Assembly (NCBI GenBank): GCA_013265495.1
Contig: MU057809.1
Location: 1,479,062 to 1,543,061, forward strand
Direction of reading: 5' to 3'
Origin: Vicugna vicugna
Taxonomy: Eukaryota
DNA: 64,000 bases
Position numbers and translations under genes: made by a program. Of this stretch, positions 37,176 to 51,534 are shown piece by piece (position 1 is the first letter of the stretch; each line of letters starts with the position of its first letter). A model generated the notes under the pieces. That model was given only the letters and a program-made list of their open reading frames with translations, did no database searches and was not told where the DNA came from.

Positions 37176-40100
37176 GGACTAGCGGTTGGCACTCTCGGCG
37201 CGTCCCAGTCTGAAATAAGGTCTATGAGCAGCGGGTGACTTTCCCGCGGTCCCCCAAACACCCCAGACGCTCTGGCTCCCAGGGATGTGCGACTGCGTCT
37301 GTAACTGAGCAGCAAACGCTTCCTCTCTGGTCATGTCATTCACACACACTAGGTCAGAGGACGGGGTCAGCGTCAAGCCTGTCGGGGGGAGGACGCCACA
37401 GTCCAGGAGACAGCCGCCGGGGCACGAGCCGCAGGAGGCAACTGCTCACGTGGACTTACTACGTCCCTCGCTGCCGCGCCGGCGCTGGAGGACGTGCTTC
37501 AGAAGCTCAGCTCAAGGTTTCAGCCTTTTCACCAACTTCAAAAACACCCACATTTAAAACATTCTCCTTATCCCCAGCACTTTATTTTTAAGAATGCTAT
37601 TATTAAAAAATGTGTGAAGGACCAGAAAGGGGCATTTCACTTTGTCACAAGAGTTTGAACTGGAACTCGATGGAGGAAAGAGAGCTCAGGCAGCCTCGCG
37701 GCTCTCTTCTCGCAGTCACCGAGAATTAAGGAACAAGTTCCCACTTAAAATGCTGACGAGGCCGTGGTCTCCTCAGCAAATATTTACACGTTCTGAAAAT
37801 ATTCAAGATTACAAAAATTCTACAGCAAGATTCAAACCACAAATTAAGTTAAAAAAACACCTACGATTCAAAATGAAAACGTCCTGGCAACTGCAGCAGA
37901 GCACGCGAGGAGAGGAGGCCTTACAGCCACCACTGGGCCACTCACACCGTGCTCCGACGGACGCACACGGCAAGTCACTGCCACTGCCACCAGGGCAGTC
38001 TCTGCACCGTGCTCACTGTAGAAAGTGTCCTTACACAATGAACGAGTTCACAATTATTTCACAGAAATACGTACTTGCTGTTTTGTTACGCTTCTGATGT
38101 ATTTTTACGGTATGGTTAGTATGTTTTTACAACAGGACCATAACGCACGAACTGTTTTAGAGTGTGTGTGAGAGTGTGTGTGTGAGTGCATGGGTGTGAA
38201 AGTCTGTTTCCCTCTGAGTTTTGCACCGCATCCTGCAGGAGGGTCCGCTGTGGTGATGCCCGCCGGTAACGACGACTACCCTATGCTGACGTCATAATAC
38301 GGTAAAAACTAAGCTACTGCTGGAAACAGTATCACCATGTGAGCAATACTTCCATTTCTTAAAAAGGTGAGCCCAAGTGCACCTCCACGGTTCCCAGTCG
38401 CCCACCTCCAGCAGGCACAAGTGCGTGTCACAAAGGGCGGACCACCTCAGTCTTCTCATCAGCAACGCAGCCCCCGCCTGGCCTTTCTCCAGTTACTGTA
38501 AAGCTGCCACAGTTTACAAACCAGGCAATTCTGTGAAAGAGGGATTGACAACTGCGAAGCCACACACACACGGAAGCAGTCACTAGGGTTACATGGTGCC
38601 AAGGAGGAGCAGAGAAAGGACAGCGTCCTCACCAGACCTGGCCGGTGCCTGCCCCAAGGTCTCTTCCCCCGCGCTGTGCGGGCACTCAGTTAAACACCAG
38701 GGGAGAGAAGCCAGTCGCACTGCTCCTGCTGTCAGGGACCTCAGGTTACCGAGTGGCTAAAGAAACGAACTTCCTTCTGTGCAAACAGGTCCTTCTCTAG
38801 TGGACAGACCCACAACTGAAAGGCCCATTCGCTGCAGCAGAGAACAGAGGGCGCAGAGCGGTGACACAGCGATGGGCTGAAAGCACCCAGTCTGCCTGCA
38901 GTCCCTGCCCCGGACAGTGTGTAACCAGAGACGAGGGGAGGGCAAGATGCCTTAGGAGCAGCCAGACACCTGGGCTGACTTCCCTCCGTGGGCACGGGGA
39001 AGAGGACAGCAGGGCCTCCTCGGACACTGGGTCTGGGGGGAAGTTCACGCGCAGCTCCGTTGTCTGTCCAGCTCCTCCATCTACAACTACAGGGAGGTCA
39101 CGGTGTCAGACAGTGCACGCCTCCCAGGTCGTGATTAAGTTCCTGTGCAGGTCCTTCCCATTTCTGCCCTATTTATGAGATCTGTAAAGGTGCTGCCTGA
39201 GTTTTCAGCGCCTCTCACTAACCTGCAATTTCCCCTTTCATCTCACTGCACTGTTTCCTTATACCCTTGACCTCTGGTTTTGTATCATCCAGACGCTCAC
39301 TGTTCTTACACTGCACAAAGCACTTTGGGGCGACCCACTTCCAATTTGATCTCCCTCTTTTCCCAGACTTGGTTTTGCATCTTTTTGCCTACTCTCCCCC
39401 ACTCCCTGCTTCTTGAAGACTGTTCTCAAGAGCGGCCCTGCTATTTCTTGTCAACCTTCTCTTGCTTACCTCTCTGCCAACCTAGTCTTCCCATTTTACT
39501 CTGACTGCAGGTCAATTTCTCTGATACCGTTTCCACCTTCGTGACGTCCCAGATCAGAGCTGGAGGGTGATGACTGGATGTTGCTATCAATCCACGTCTG
39601 GGGGAACAGAGGAGAAAGTCGAGAACCTGCAGGTTCTCTTCTCAAGTCCTCCTCACCGCCCTCCACCTCCAGCTCCAGAGACAGCACACGCTCTGCCCCT
39701 TCGTGGTCCCCCTGCTTTGAGTGCGTCCCCCCGACTCTTCCTGGGCTCCTACTCCAGAGCCCGGGGTCTGCTTCGCCCCAAACTGGAAGGGATCAGCGAG
39801 GATGCTCAGGGCTGTGCCGCCTCCCCGTCCTTCCTCAATATTGCTTTCAGAAAGGGGGAGGAGCTGAGATTAAGAGACACACTAACAGCCCTGGAATCTT
39901 CTCTTTTTGTTCCTGGCTGCGGTGGTTTTGAAATGTTAGGTTGGACCATATAAAACCGCTATGTGTAAGTCAAAAAGGGTCAAATATCAGAATTTCACAC
40001 AGTTCAACCCACATGTGAAATAACACCCTTTTTCCTTCCTTGATCCCTTCTGGTGAATTTCTATATTCATATGTGAGATTATTTTTAAACACACGCACCT

Positions 40101-40329
40101 GTTTGTGCATGGAGCCATCCCACTGGGCAGTGAGAGAAGACGCTGCGGTCCTGCCCACCGTAACATGTTTCCCCGGATGGAGCTTCCAAAAGCGCAGATC
40201 AGGCAGCCCTCTGCCTGACACTCTCAATCTGCTTCCCGCTGCCACGCGAGAACCACTTGGCCTAGAAGGCCCTGCCAGGTCTGGTCCAGGGCCTCCCACC
40301 CCCCTATCATTTCCCCAGAGCTTTTCCCA

Positions 40330-40616
40330 GCCCTTCCAGCTTCTTTCTAGCCTTATTGCCTCAGGGCACCTGCTCCCCTTTCCTCTGCGGGAATTCCCTC
40401 CTTGCAGCTCACCGCAGAGCTGTGCCTTTTTGGCCTTTAGGACGCTGGATGCTCAGGACACCGGCCGCGGGGCACACGAGGCCCCACTGAGAGATGCATG
40501 GCCGTGAGGACCCAGTTCAGGGCTGGTGGGAGCTCCGCCCACAGGGGTGAGCAATACCCTGTCTTGTTCTTTGTTCTAACACAGCACCCGGCTAATCTGG
40601 TGAATAAATGAATCAA
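40330..40616 (+). mobile_element. LINE-2 3' end
   Basis: gggagctcc...gtcttgttctttg...acagcacccggc...gaataaatgaat terminus. Confidence 0.55.
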
Positions 40617-43600
40617 CTCAGAAAGCTGCCAAGCGGAAGGAGGGGCTGTATCTTGTGCTGCTCTGCAGAACGCCGTGTCGAATGGGTCCGAGCGTGCCAG
40701 TCGCCCATAACGGCTCCATGTCAAGGGAGCATCTTCTGGGAGGCGAGTTCCGCACACACGAGATGCTGCGTGGGAGGCTAGGGACTGCCAACCCCACAGG
40801 CCTGTCCGCCTCTGGCAGTTCACGCAAGCCCGTTAACACAGCCAGCTTCCAGGTTCTGTGAGAGCGTGGACGGCGACGGAGACCTTCATCCCTAAACTGA
40901 CGGTCACTCCGTGGTTCACACTCTTCACACGGGAAGACCCACGTGTGCTTCGGACGTCAACAGGGGAGCTGAGCCCAGCAGGCGACCCCAGGCCAGTTCA
41001 CACTTGGTGAGTCTCCACCTTTCTTCTTCCGCTCCTAGGTCTAGAACCAATCCAGAGATGAAAGCAGGAGTCGGAGAGATAGGTGGAGATCAACATACTG
41101 GCTTTCTTCCTAAGAAAAGCCAGATGGGAGAGTTCAGTTGTAGATTCGCAGCCAAGTAGGTGCGCTCACTGGCACAGCCGGACAAACCCCAGCAGGGCCA
41201 GGCCTGCGGTCTCTGGCCGAGGCCAGCCGCACGCTCGCTGTGGGCAGGGTGGCCCGGGGCCGAGGGACGGCGACAGACAGGAGTGACCGCAGCTGGAAGA
41301 CGAAAGTCCCTCCCATCGGAGTGAAAGCCCTGAGGAGGGTCCAGAGAGGCAACAGAGAAGGTGCTTTCCGCGCAGAAACAGAAACAAAAGCGCCCGTGCG
41401 GGGGAGAGGTAGCCCCTTCCAGGCAGAGGCGGTCCTGCCGCTCCGGCACCCGGCACAGAAGCCCACGCCCAAGTGTCTGTTGACTTCCCGGATGATTACT
41501 TTTAACGAGACATCTGCTGTGACCAGTGTGCTCTGGTGGCCCTGCACGTCTGCACGTTTAAAAACACAATCCTGCTGCTTTATAGCTGTACCAATCACGG
41601 ACTGATTAGGAGGTAAACAACCAGGCTTCTCTTTCTCAGTTCTCATCAGCCAGTCTCTCCGGCAGGCTCCCCGCGTGTTCCGTGCCGCTCCACACTTCTA
41701 ACAGCGCTTTCCACCTTCATCTACCTACTCAAGTCACCAGAATCCTAGGGGAAAACATTTCCTTTCTCCATCCCAAACCTAAAATTACGGGAGTTTGTTT
41801 CCTTGAGAAAAACACTTCCAGCGGCCACAAAAAGTAACAGTAGTCTTGGGTCACCTCGTGTGCCAACAGCTGTAGACGGAGGGCTGAGGCTCAGGGGAAG
41901 ACACAGGTTAAAACTCCCGCCACTAGGTGTTATGAGAGTTGCAAAAACAAACCTCCACAGCAGCTGCTCCCTTTTACCTGTAATGAAAACCAGCAGTAAG
42001 GTGAGGCTTGAAAGAGTGACTTCCTTTCCTTTCTTGGTAAACGTCAAGCCTCTTGCTCGGAACACTGTGCCTCTACAGAGATGCGTGAAATCTTACCCAG
42101 GAAACGAATACAGTCGGCAACAACAGGGTGTGCCATCCGTGACCACAGACCTTGCGACAAGCTTCTGGGCGGGCTCATCGCCGATGTGGCCCCAGGACAC
42201 TGACTGCTGCGCTGGTCCGGATGAATCTCATCATACACCCTGTAGACGTCTAGGTGGCCTCCATCAGCTGGACGAGGGCTCCCCTGTCCTTCCAGTGACT
42301 TAGCCAGCGGTGCCCCCTCCCTGGCCTTCCCTGCCCTGTGTCCCTCCCATCCCCACAGAAGCCAGCTGGGCAGAGAAGCACCATGAGAGGAGCACTCACC
42401 ACCACGCACACAGCCCAGCACAAAGGGCATGGCTGGAATGGATACAACAGGGACCCTCCAACTGACTGCCCCAGACAGGCCCTCGAGGGCTCAGCACAGC
42501 CCAAACCACGCAGTCCCCAGAACACTCCTCCGAGGTCACAGCCGTGTTAACAGCACAGGACACGAGCTCTCTGAGCCTGAGCACCCCCTTGGTGAGACCG
42601 CTCAATGCAGTTCACGTGGTCATCCGACTCCCCAGGACCTGGGTGTGCTGGCCACACCAGCGAATGCTCACGAGGCCAGCCTTCGCTGCTGCGTCTGATG
42701 TAACAGGGCCATCTGACAAAGCTGGGGCCGCGGCCTCCAGGCTAGACAGCAAAACAGATGCCCGAGTGTGGAGAATGGTGCCGTCTGCTTGGCCTGGGCT
42801 TCCTTAAGGAAGCAGGAGCTTGGGACATTTTCTTCCCCCTGGCATCACAAGGTGGTGCTGCTCTCCAGCCACCACCGATCCGCCTGCAAACACCCCCAGG
42901 AGTAACAACTGTTCCTTTACCGTCCCTTGGTCGCTGTGTCTCCAAAGTACAAGTTCCCAACAACTCAGTTCACCAAACCAACGCAGAAGCGACAGCTTCT
43001 CTAACCATACGCTAACTCAGGCTGCAAACTGCGTTTTCCATTACATAAGCCAACGTGCCCGGACCTCTGTCCTAATGGGAAGCACACAAGTATCTTAATT
43101 CACAAAAGAATCATTCAAAAAGACGAACCTATCATGTGGTAGGCAACGATTCCTCATATTTTGCTCACTTTGAAAGGTCAAGGCACGGAAACTGAGGAGC
43201 TGCTTCGTCCGCCCACTTGACAGAAGATGCAAAGAGGACTCCTCCTTTTGTTCAGCTATAAACTACACTGTGACAGCATGAAGTGAGGGCACTGTCCTTC
43301 AGTAAGCATCAGGTCCATTAGCTTCCATGGTTTGATGATCACCCTATAATTACATCTCTAGATAAGCCTTCAGTCTAGATCTTCGGTTCCATTTAAAACC
43401 GGTAAGATCCATGTCCCCACCTCAACTACAGAAGATAATTATGAGCTGCCAACAGAACACCACGCAGCCTCGAGCACAGCCGTATTCCTAGTCTCACATG
43501 ACACGTGACTGCTCCCTGAGAAAAGGTGTGGCTAAAATAATCGACACGCCAGCCTGGAAGCTGGAGGGACCAACTGTCCATGGACCTTGAGTCCCCAGCC

Positions 43601-45231
43601 ACGGCCAGAGGGCTGTGTCTATATTTTTGGAACCGATGGGAAAAGATGTTGTTTTTGTTTTGCTGCCATTTCTAAAGGACCAACCATGTGTGTCCACGCA
43701 AAAGTCAGCCTGCTTCCTTAAATGCAACTTGCCCACAAAGCAGTAAAAACCCAACTGTTCTTCCAGACCCCAGAAGCACATCCACGCCTCTGCTCTCGTG
43801 CAAACCCGCTGCAGGCAAGCCCCGATGATGCCTCTGAACCCAAGAAACAAAGACCCTGCAGGCCGGCAGTTTCGAAGCGCTCGCAGACACAAACAGCAGC
43901 GGAGGCTGCCTCGAGCACCCAGGCGTGTTAGCAAAAGGTAAGTGTGACGTAATAAAGAATTCTACGGGACAGAAGCAGTAAGAGTCACGAAAACTCAATG
44001 TCATCATGGTATTCTAGAGCAAAAGTTCACGCCCTGCAGTCCACAGAGCACGCGTACATTTGGCGTGCCCGGGGAACTCCTTGAAACTATCCGCGCGTAC
44101 ACACGTTTCCTAGGGAGAAGGTCCACGGTGCTCAGCTAAAGGGAACCGGGACCACAGGTCTCAGCAAGCCACTCCATTACGACCAGTGCTTTGCACTAGG
44201 AAGCTCTGTCCAGCTCCTACACTCACACTTTAACGCGTCTACTAATTAGAGCTCCGCCAGCCGATGGACAGACAGACGGCACCGAGCGGCCTCGGCTGTG
44301 AGCTCCCCTCTGCCTGCTGCCGCCCGCCAGCGCCTTCCGGGCCGGCTCAAAGCACCCCTCCTTGGCAGGCTTCTCCAGACCCCCCCGCCAGAGTTCACCT
44401 TCCCTGTTAGCCACCGGGCCACCTCCCTCCCTGCACGGCGGCGCTGCCCTGGTCCACGCTGACTCTGCACTGCAGCTACTAGAGCCGGCCTGAGGGTCCG
44501 AAGGGGAGAGACAGGGCAGGACGTGTCACTAAATATCCCCTTCCCCACTGGCACGGAGCACAAAGCCTTGGGTACACGGCCAGAAAAACTTGCTGAACTG
44601 AACTCTTGTTTCAGGGCCAACGAAAGACCGCTAACTCTAATAACCCAATTCTTCACGAGGGTTTAAGTCGCCAGCACACACGCACACAAGGAAGGCCCAC
44701 TTCTGCGCGGTTTGACGGCATGGTCACGTGCACGGTTCCCAGACACGCGACCAAGGACCTTCCCACAGCTAATGCTTATCTACCTCAAACCGGATGTGAA
44801 ATTCGTGATTAAACATGGCTCGTGAAATTACAGGAAGCACTGTGAGGTAAAGCCACGCTGGTCTGAAGCCTTCCACGCAAATTCCGAGATGCTCGCTGTC
44901 ACCAGAGGCAGTATTACACGATTTCCAAAACACCAAAGTACATGACCTTTAAGGACAGCCTGCTTGGGAAGTGACAGACTGTCATCTTCAAGATTATAAA
45001 AGTAAGAAGGAAGATTAGGAAGTCTTACTGGTAGTATTTACAGGAAGTCAAAGCAACCAGTAGACTCACATTACCCAGGGAAAGGGGCAGGGTGAGGCAA
45101 TGGAGTCAAAGAAATAGTATGCTGGAATTCAGGCACAACCTCGCTGACGAAGGAACGGCCTGGGCCCCGAACCTGTAATCAGAAGTCCAGGATGACATTT
45201 GCAAATCTCAGCCTCCCAAATTCAACCCAAT

Positions 45232-45404
45232 AAAAATAGGTAAGAATCAGATTTCTTCTGTACAGCACAGGGAACTATATTCAACATCTTGTGATAGCCT
45301 TTCATGAAAAAGAATATGAAAATATATATGCAGGACTGGGATATTGTGCTGTATACCAGAAATTGACACATTACAACTGATTATACTTCAATTAAAAAAA
45401 AAAA
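45232..45404 (+). mobile_element. Young-looking 5'-truncated L1 3' tail with poly(A)
   Basis: tttcttctgtacagcacagggaactatattcaa...tgtgctgtataccagaaattgacacattacaactgattatacttcaatt followed by an A-run; resembles camelid L1 ends as I recall them. Confidence 0.85.
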
Positions 45405-47487
45405 GACCAGGATGATGGACACTTCAGTTCTGCCAAGACAGAGGCGCTCCATCCCCCCCAGGCCCTCCCCCTAAACAACATGCTTAGGAAAGGGACTGGA
45501 GGGAAGGTGGCAGGCTGCCTGCGGCCCTGGGACCGAGGACAAGGCAGTGAGTCCCCGGGTGTCCTTACTGCCACTACCTGTCCAGGACAGGGCGCTACAG
45601 GAGCCCCCAAGCCGGGAAAGCCCAAAGGCAGATGGAAAGAGCTCCAAGTGTTCCCCTGGCCAAAGGACCAGAAAAGGGTGGTCTTACAACCAGAAACATT
45701 TGCGGCAACATCCTACTCCAGCCGAATACCACAGATCGCCACGTACATCTCCTCTGAGGTTTCAGGGAGTTGAAAGGGAAGCTGATTTACCCCACCCCCG
45801 CCCTGCTCCTCAGAGCCAGGAATGCTCCAGGTGGCCCTACCAGGTAGTGCGGTGGGGCCAAGCAGGGATCTTATGTCCTATCCTCGGCCCAGACACACGG
45901 GGGGCTCTGACTCCCCCGCCAGGCAGTGTAGGTGGGGAGCTGAGCCTCCACCCCACTCGGTCCCAGCTGGCAGGAGGTGGTGGTGGGAGGCTGGGCTGAC
46001 TGTCATTGCTTCCCCAATCCCTCTCCCTGGCGTCAGCCAGGCCTAGAGAGAGCTGGTGCTGGAACCCCACCAACAAGGCACCTGAGTCTCAGGGACCTAG
46101 CAGTCAGGAACGAGTGAACTACCTACCACCAGAGTCCCAGGAGCAAGGGAGGGGAAAAGAGGACTGAAAAAGCATGTAAGGAAATAAAGGCTGAAAACAT
46201 CCTGGCTCTGGGAAAAGACAGAAATGCATGGATTCAAGAAGCTGAGCAAACCCGAAATATAATAAGCTGGGAGAAACCTATGTCCAGACAAATCATACTT
46301 AAACTTCCAGAAGACAAAGACAAAGGGAAAATCTTAAAATCAGCCCGAGTGACATGACACGCTTATTCACAGAGCAAGAGCCATCTGAACGATCTGACGT
46401 TTCATCTGAAACCAGGGAGGCCAGAAGAACGTCGCATACTTTCCAAGTACTAAAAGAAGTGCCATCTATGAATCCTATCACTGGTGAAGGCTTCCTTCAA
46501 GATTAAAGGTGAAACAGAGACATTCTTGGACAAAGAAAGCTGACAGAATTTGTGGCAGGCAAACCCATGCTAAAAATGGCAGAAAGAAATTCTCAAACAG
46601 AAAAGAGAGGGTAACAGGAGAAAGCTTAGAACTTTGGGAAGGGAAGAGCCCAGAATAGGTAAAAACAGGGGTAAATACAACAAACTCTCCCATTTCGCAC
46701 AAGTTTCTTAAATTACATTCGATGACTGAAGTACAATCGTCTGATGTGGTACTCAGGGTATAAGAAACACTTAAGACGTTGATATTTTAAAAGTGGGGAA
46801 GGTGGGTAAAAGGACCTAAAGGGAAGTAAAGTTCCCAAACTTCACTTAAAGTTATAAAACACAGAGTCCAGTAGCCTGGGATGAGCTGCACATGTACGTT
46901 GTAAGCCTAGAGCAAGCACCAAAAGAATGACACAAAGCTGACGGATACACTCAAAAATCATTCAATAAAGATGGAATCCTCAAACATGGTTAAAGAACCC
47001 ACAAGAATGAGAAACAGAAGAAACAAAAACCAAAAAATAAAATAATCAAAGGGGAGACTTATGCCCTAACACATTAATAATTACCTTACCTTAGATGTAA
47101 ATTGTCTAAAAATACACATCAACAGATTGGCAGAGTAGATAAGAAAACATGATGTAACAATACACTGTCTATAATAAACTCACTTCAAAACAACAACGTG
47201 AGTAGGTTAAAACGATGGAAAACAGATACCATGAAAGCATTTATTTAAAAAAAAGGAGTGGCTAGGTTAAAACAACTGGCAAAGTAGACTCAGAGCAAAG
47301 AACAGTACTAGAGACCAAAAGCGACATTGCATAATGACAGAAAGATCAGTCCAGCAGAGGACGTAACAATCCCAGATGTTTGCACACCACACAAGAGTCT
47401 CAAAATACACGAACCAAAAGCCCACGGAACTACAGGAAAACGGACAATTATAGCTGGAGACTTCAGCATGTCACTCTCAGCAACGGA

Positions 47488-47700
47488 CTCTGGGGCTGAC
47501 AGGTACACAGACCTGTACATAAAACAGATAAACAACAAGGACCGTGCAGCACAGGGAACGGTACCCAATTTCTTGTAATGAGCTGTGATGGAAAGCAAAC
47601 TGAAAATACGTATGTGTGTGTGTAAAGGTGTAACAGTCACTGTGCCAAACACCTGAAACTAATATTGTAAACTGACCACACTTCAATAAAAAAGTAAGAA
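47488..47700 (+). mobile_element. Ungulate-type L1 3' tail abutting the older L1
   Basis: cataaaacagataaacaacaaggacc...gcacagggaac...cacctgaaactaa...cttcaataaaaaa. Confidence 0.8.
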
Positions 47701-47899
47701 TTAAAACAAAAAAGGTCTATGAGGAAGGAGGGGTGAGCTACAACCCTGGGTGAGAGTCATGCCGTTCTGTATGTATGGGGAAGTCAGGGTGAGAAGGAAC
47801 TTCGGTGTAGTACGTTACTTACAGCTACCTAAGGTATTCTGATACTAAAAATAAAACATTTTCACTGTGACGAAAGAAGAATATGGGAGTACACCAGAG

Positions 47900-48135
47900 G
47901 CTATACAGTGTAGTGTTGATGAGCATAGCTTTGCGGGCTGGCAGACCTGGATTTAAATTTTTGCTCTACCACATATTAGCTCTATGGCCTGGCAAGTCAT
48001 GTTTCTTTTATGAGCTTCTGTTACTCTCAATGAAATGGATAACAGTCCCTAACAAGTGGTTTGTTGTGTAGATTAGATAAAATGCATGTAAAATACTTAG
48101 CATGGTGTCTGGTATCTAATAACTACACAATAAAT
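47900..48135 (+). mobile_element. MIR SINE
   Basis: gcagacctggatttaaat...tagctctatggcctggcaagtca...tgtaaaatacttagcatggtgtctgg...caataaatg. Confidence 0.75.
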
Positions 48136-51100
48136 GGGAATTCTTAACATTACGTCCTAGATTAAGCTTGGGATAAAGAAAGAAAGGGCTTCCATGACTT
48201 TGCAGACAGAACTCTGCCTACGGAAGAAAGTATCCTATGAGACAGGTCTGACTTGAGAAAAGGGAAAACAACGGAAGCGGGGAAAGGCCAGATGACACAG
48301 TCAGAGAGAAGGTTCAACCAACTTACCTAAAAGGAAAGACAGAATGAAGCTTGGCTGTAAGGCTCTTATGTATGATTTAAAAGGCCTGGGTAGGATGGTA
48401 GAGCTTAGCCAGAAGGTAAAGTCCTGTGATGTCTGCTCTAGGCATCTGTGTTGTAATGTAATCAAATTACTTAAAGTACACGTACAAAAGTACCCAAAGC
48501 AAACAGAAGAAGGGAAATAACAAGTATAAGTACTGAAATCAATGAGATTAAGAACCGAAAAAAGAATAGAGAAAATCAATAGAGCCAAAAGAAGGTTCTT
48601 TGGGAAAAAAATCAATAAAATTGATAATTCTCTAAGAAGACAAAGAAAAAAGTATATATTAAAAAAAGGAAAATCAGCAAGGATACAGAAGAACTCAACA
48701 CCACCACCAACCAACTGATCTAATCAACATATGCAGAAACCGCCAGCAGAGTACACATTTTTTTCAGGTGCCCATGGAATATTCACCAATGCAGGCCCAC
48801 AGAACATATGCCAAGATAGACCATAGTCTGGGCCATGAAACAAACCTCAAAAAATTTAAAAGAACCGAAACCATACAAAGTATGTTCTCTGACCATAACG
48901 GAGTCATAGAAATCAACAGCAGAAAGATAACAGGAAAACTCCCTGAACTCAGAAGCTGCAGCACACTTCTGAACAACCTGCGGCCCAAGGAAGCTGTCTC
49001 AGAGGAAGGAAAATACACATGAAGCCGAATAAAAATCAAAATATAACATGCCAAAATACATAGATCCAGCTAAAGCTCTGTTGAGGGGGAAATTTATAGC
49101 ACTTAAAATACTTATGTTATAAAAGAGGAAAGGTCTCAAATAAATAATCTAAGTCTCTACTTCAAGAAACTAGAAAAAAATAGCAAAATAAAACCAAAGC
49201 AAGTAGAAGGAGAAAAAAGAAATAAATGAAACTGAAAACAGGAAAACCATAAAGAAAAATCAATGACATAAAAAGTCGGTTCTTTAGGAAAAAAAAAATT
49301 AATAAAACTGCTAAACCTCTAGAAGACTGACAAAGACAAAAAGAGAAGACACAGATCACCAACATCAGGAAAGAGGCATAAAATATGATTACTCCCACCT
49401 CTCTTAATTCTGGAAGTTCTAGCCACTGCAGTAACACAAAAGAAAGAAATAAAGGCATACCTATTGGGAAAGAAGAAATAAAACTCTCCCTATTTGCAGA
49501 TAACATGGTGATTTATATGGGAAATCCTGTAAGAATTTATAAGAAGGCTCTTAGAACCATTCAGTGTATTCATTAGGTCACAGGACACATGACTGAGACA
49601 CAAAAAGCAAATATATTGCTACATACTAACAATGAGCATGTGGAAGTTGAAAATAAAAGCACAGTAACACTCACAACTGCCCTAAAGAAAATGAAATACT
49701 TTAAGTATAAACTTAACAAAACAGGTACAGGATCTGTATGTTGATAAATGCAAAATGCTGATGAAGGAAATCAAAGACAAACTAAATAAAGGAGGATATA
49801 CCATGTTCATGAATTGGAAGGCTCAACAGAGTAGAGATGTCAGTTCTCCCCAAACTGATTTATAGCTTAATGCAAATGCTATCAAACTCCCAGCAAGGCT
49901 TTTTTTTTAATGGACATAGAAAAGCTTATTCTAAAATTTATATGGAAAGGCACAGGCCCTAGAATAGCTAAAACCATCTCGAAAAAGAAAAATGAAATGG
50001 GAGAAATCACTCTGATATTTAGATTCCTATATAACTACATGGTATAGCTAATCAACGCAGTATGATACTGGCAGAAGAGGAGACACAGATCAGGGGAACA
50101 GGATGGAAAACCCAGAAGCAGACCCACACAAATATGCCCACTTGATTTTCGACAAAGCAAGTCAATGGAAGAGGGACAGTCTTTTCAACAGACAGTCCCA
50201 GAACAACTGGACATGCATACCAAAAACAAAACAAACAGCAACAAAACCCCAACCAAAAACCAAAAACCCTCGATCTAAATGTCACACCTCATACAGAAAT
50301 TAACTCAAAATGGATCAGGACCTTAAAAGTACAATGTACAACTACAAAATTTGAGGGAAAAAGCAGGAGAAAAATCCTTGGGATCTAAAGCTAGGTAAAG
50401 AGTTCTTAGACTTGACACCAAAAGCAGGACCCACAAAGGAAAAAACTGATAAACTGGACTTGATGAAAATTAAAGACTTTTGCTCTGTGAAAGACCTTGT
50501 TTAAAAGGATAAGAAGACAAGCTACAGACTGGGAGAAAACATTTGCAGACCACATCACCTGACAAAGGAGTGGTGTTCAGAATATACAAAGAACTCTCAA
50601 AGTTCAACAAGAAAGAAACAAGGAACCTAATTACAAAGTAGGTAAAAAGTATGAACAGAGGATGTACAGACGGCAAATGAGCACAGGAAAGACGTTCGAC
50701 ACCATTAGCCATCAGGGAAATGCGTATTCAAGTGGGAATGACACAGCACTTACACACCTATCGGAATGGCTGAGAGCAGAAATAGCGGGAACACCAAATG
50801 CTGGCGAGGATGCAGAGAAACTGATCACTCCTCTGCACACGGCTGGCGGGAATGTGAACTAGTACCACCACTGCAGAGACGGCTCGACAGCTTATGAAAC
50901 TAAACATGCAACCACCACACAGCTGAGTAACTGCACTCTTGGGCAGCTGTCCCAGGTACGTGGAAATTCATGTACTTACAAAAACACGTATACGAATGTT
51001 CAGAGAAGATTTATTCACAACAGGCAGAAACTGGAAACAACTCAAATGCCCTTCAACAGGTGGATGGCTAAGTGGTGCTTGGTGGTAAATCCCTACCACG

Positions 51101-51534
51101 GATGCTACTCAGCACTTGAGGCGGGAGCTACTGATTGCGGGTACACACAGCTCGGGTGTACCTCTAGGGAACTATGCTGAGTGATAAAAGCCAGCTCCAA
51201 AGGGTCACACCTTGCAAGATTCCCTTTATATAATATTACTGAAATGAGAAAATTATATAATTGGACAACAGATCAGTCATTGCCAGGTCAGGGAGAGGGC
51301 GAAGGGTGGGAGTGGCTGTAACAGGCAACAGGAGGAATCTCATTGTGATGGGAAAGCTCTGTACCTTCCTTTCTCGATGCCAGTGTCTTTGCTGTGATAC
51401 TGTAGTAGTTTTACAAGATCTTGCTGTTTGGGGGAACTGGTTAAAGGGGACATGGGAGTTCTCTACTAATAATTTCTTACAAGTGCGTGGGACTCCACAA
51501 TCATCTCAAAATTAAAAGTTTAGTTAAAAAAAAA

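Larger units (their letters stand above)
46130..51533 (+). mobile_element. Large fragmented L1M element (ORF1 remnant, ORF2, 3' UTR, A-tail) with internal insertions
   Basis: ORF2p remnants include TIIAGDFS..LS (47327), TYAKIDHSLGHETNLKKFKRTETIQSMFSDHNG (48768), KGIPIGKEEIKLSLFADNMVIYMGNP (49385, RT FADD motif) and ENPEADPHKYAHLIFDK (50103). Many stops and frameshifts. Confidence 0.92.

Noticed and set aside
12849..38294. Three isolated full CRE palindromes TGACGTCA (near 12849, 34533 and 38287)
   Set aside because: They are scattered, one lies inside an L1, and there is no supporting motif cluster, so they are compatible with chance in CpG-rich introns.
1600..46100. Many 60-200 aa ORFs on both strands in GC-rich intronic DNA
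   Set aside because: Apart from the ORF overlapping exon 2 and L1 remnants, they show no recognisable protein similarity or consistent exon structure. Many begin at non-ATG codons, and their lengths are unsurprising at this GC content.
46130..51533. Possible active reverse transcriptase/endonuclease gene
   Set aside because: L1 ORF2 motifs are present, but broken by stops, frameshifts, deletions and insertions.
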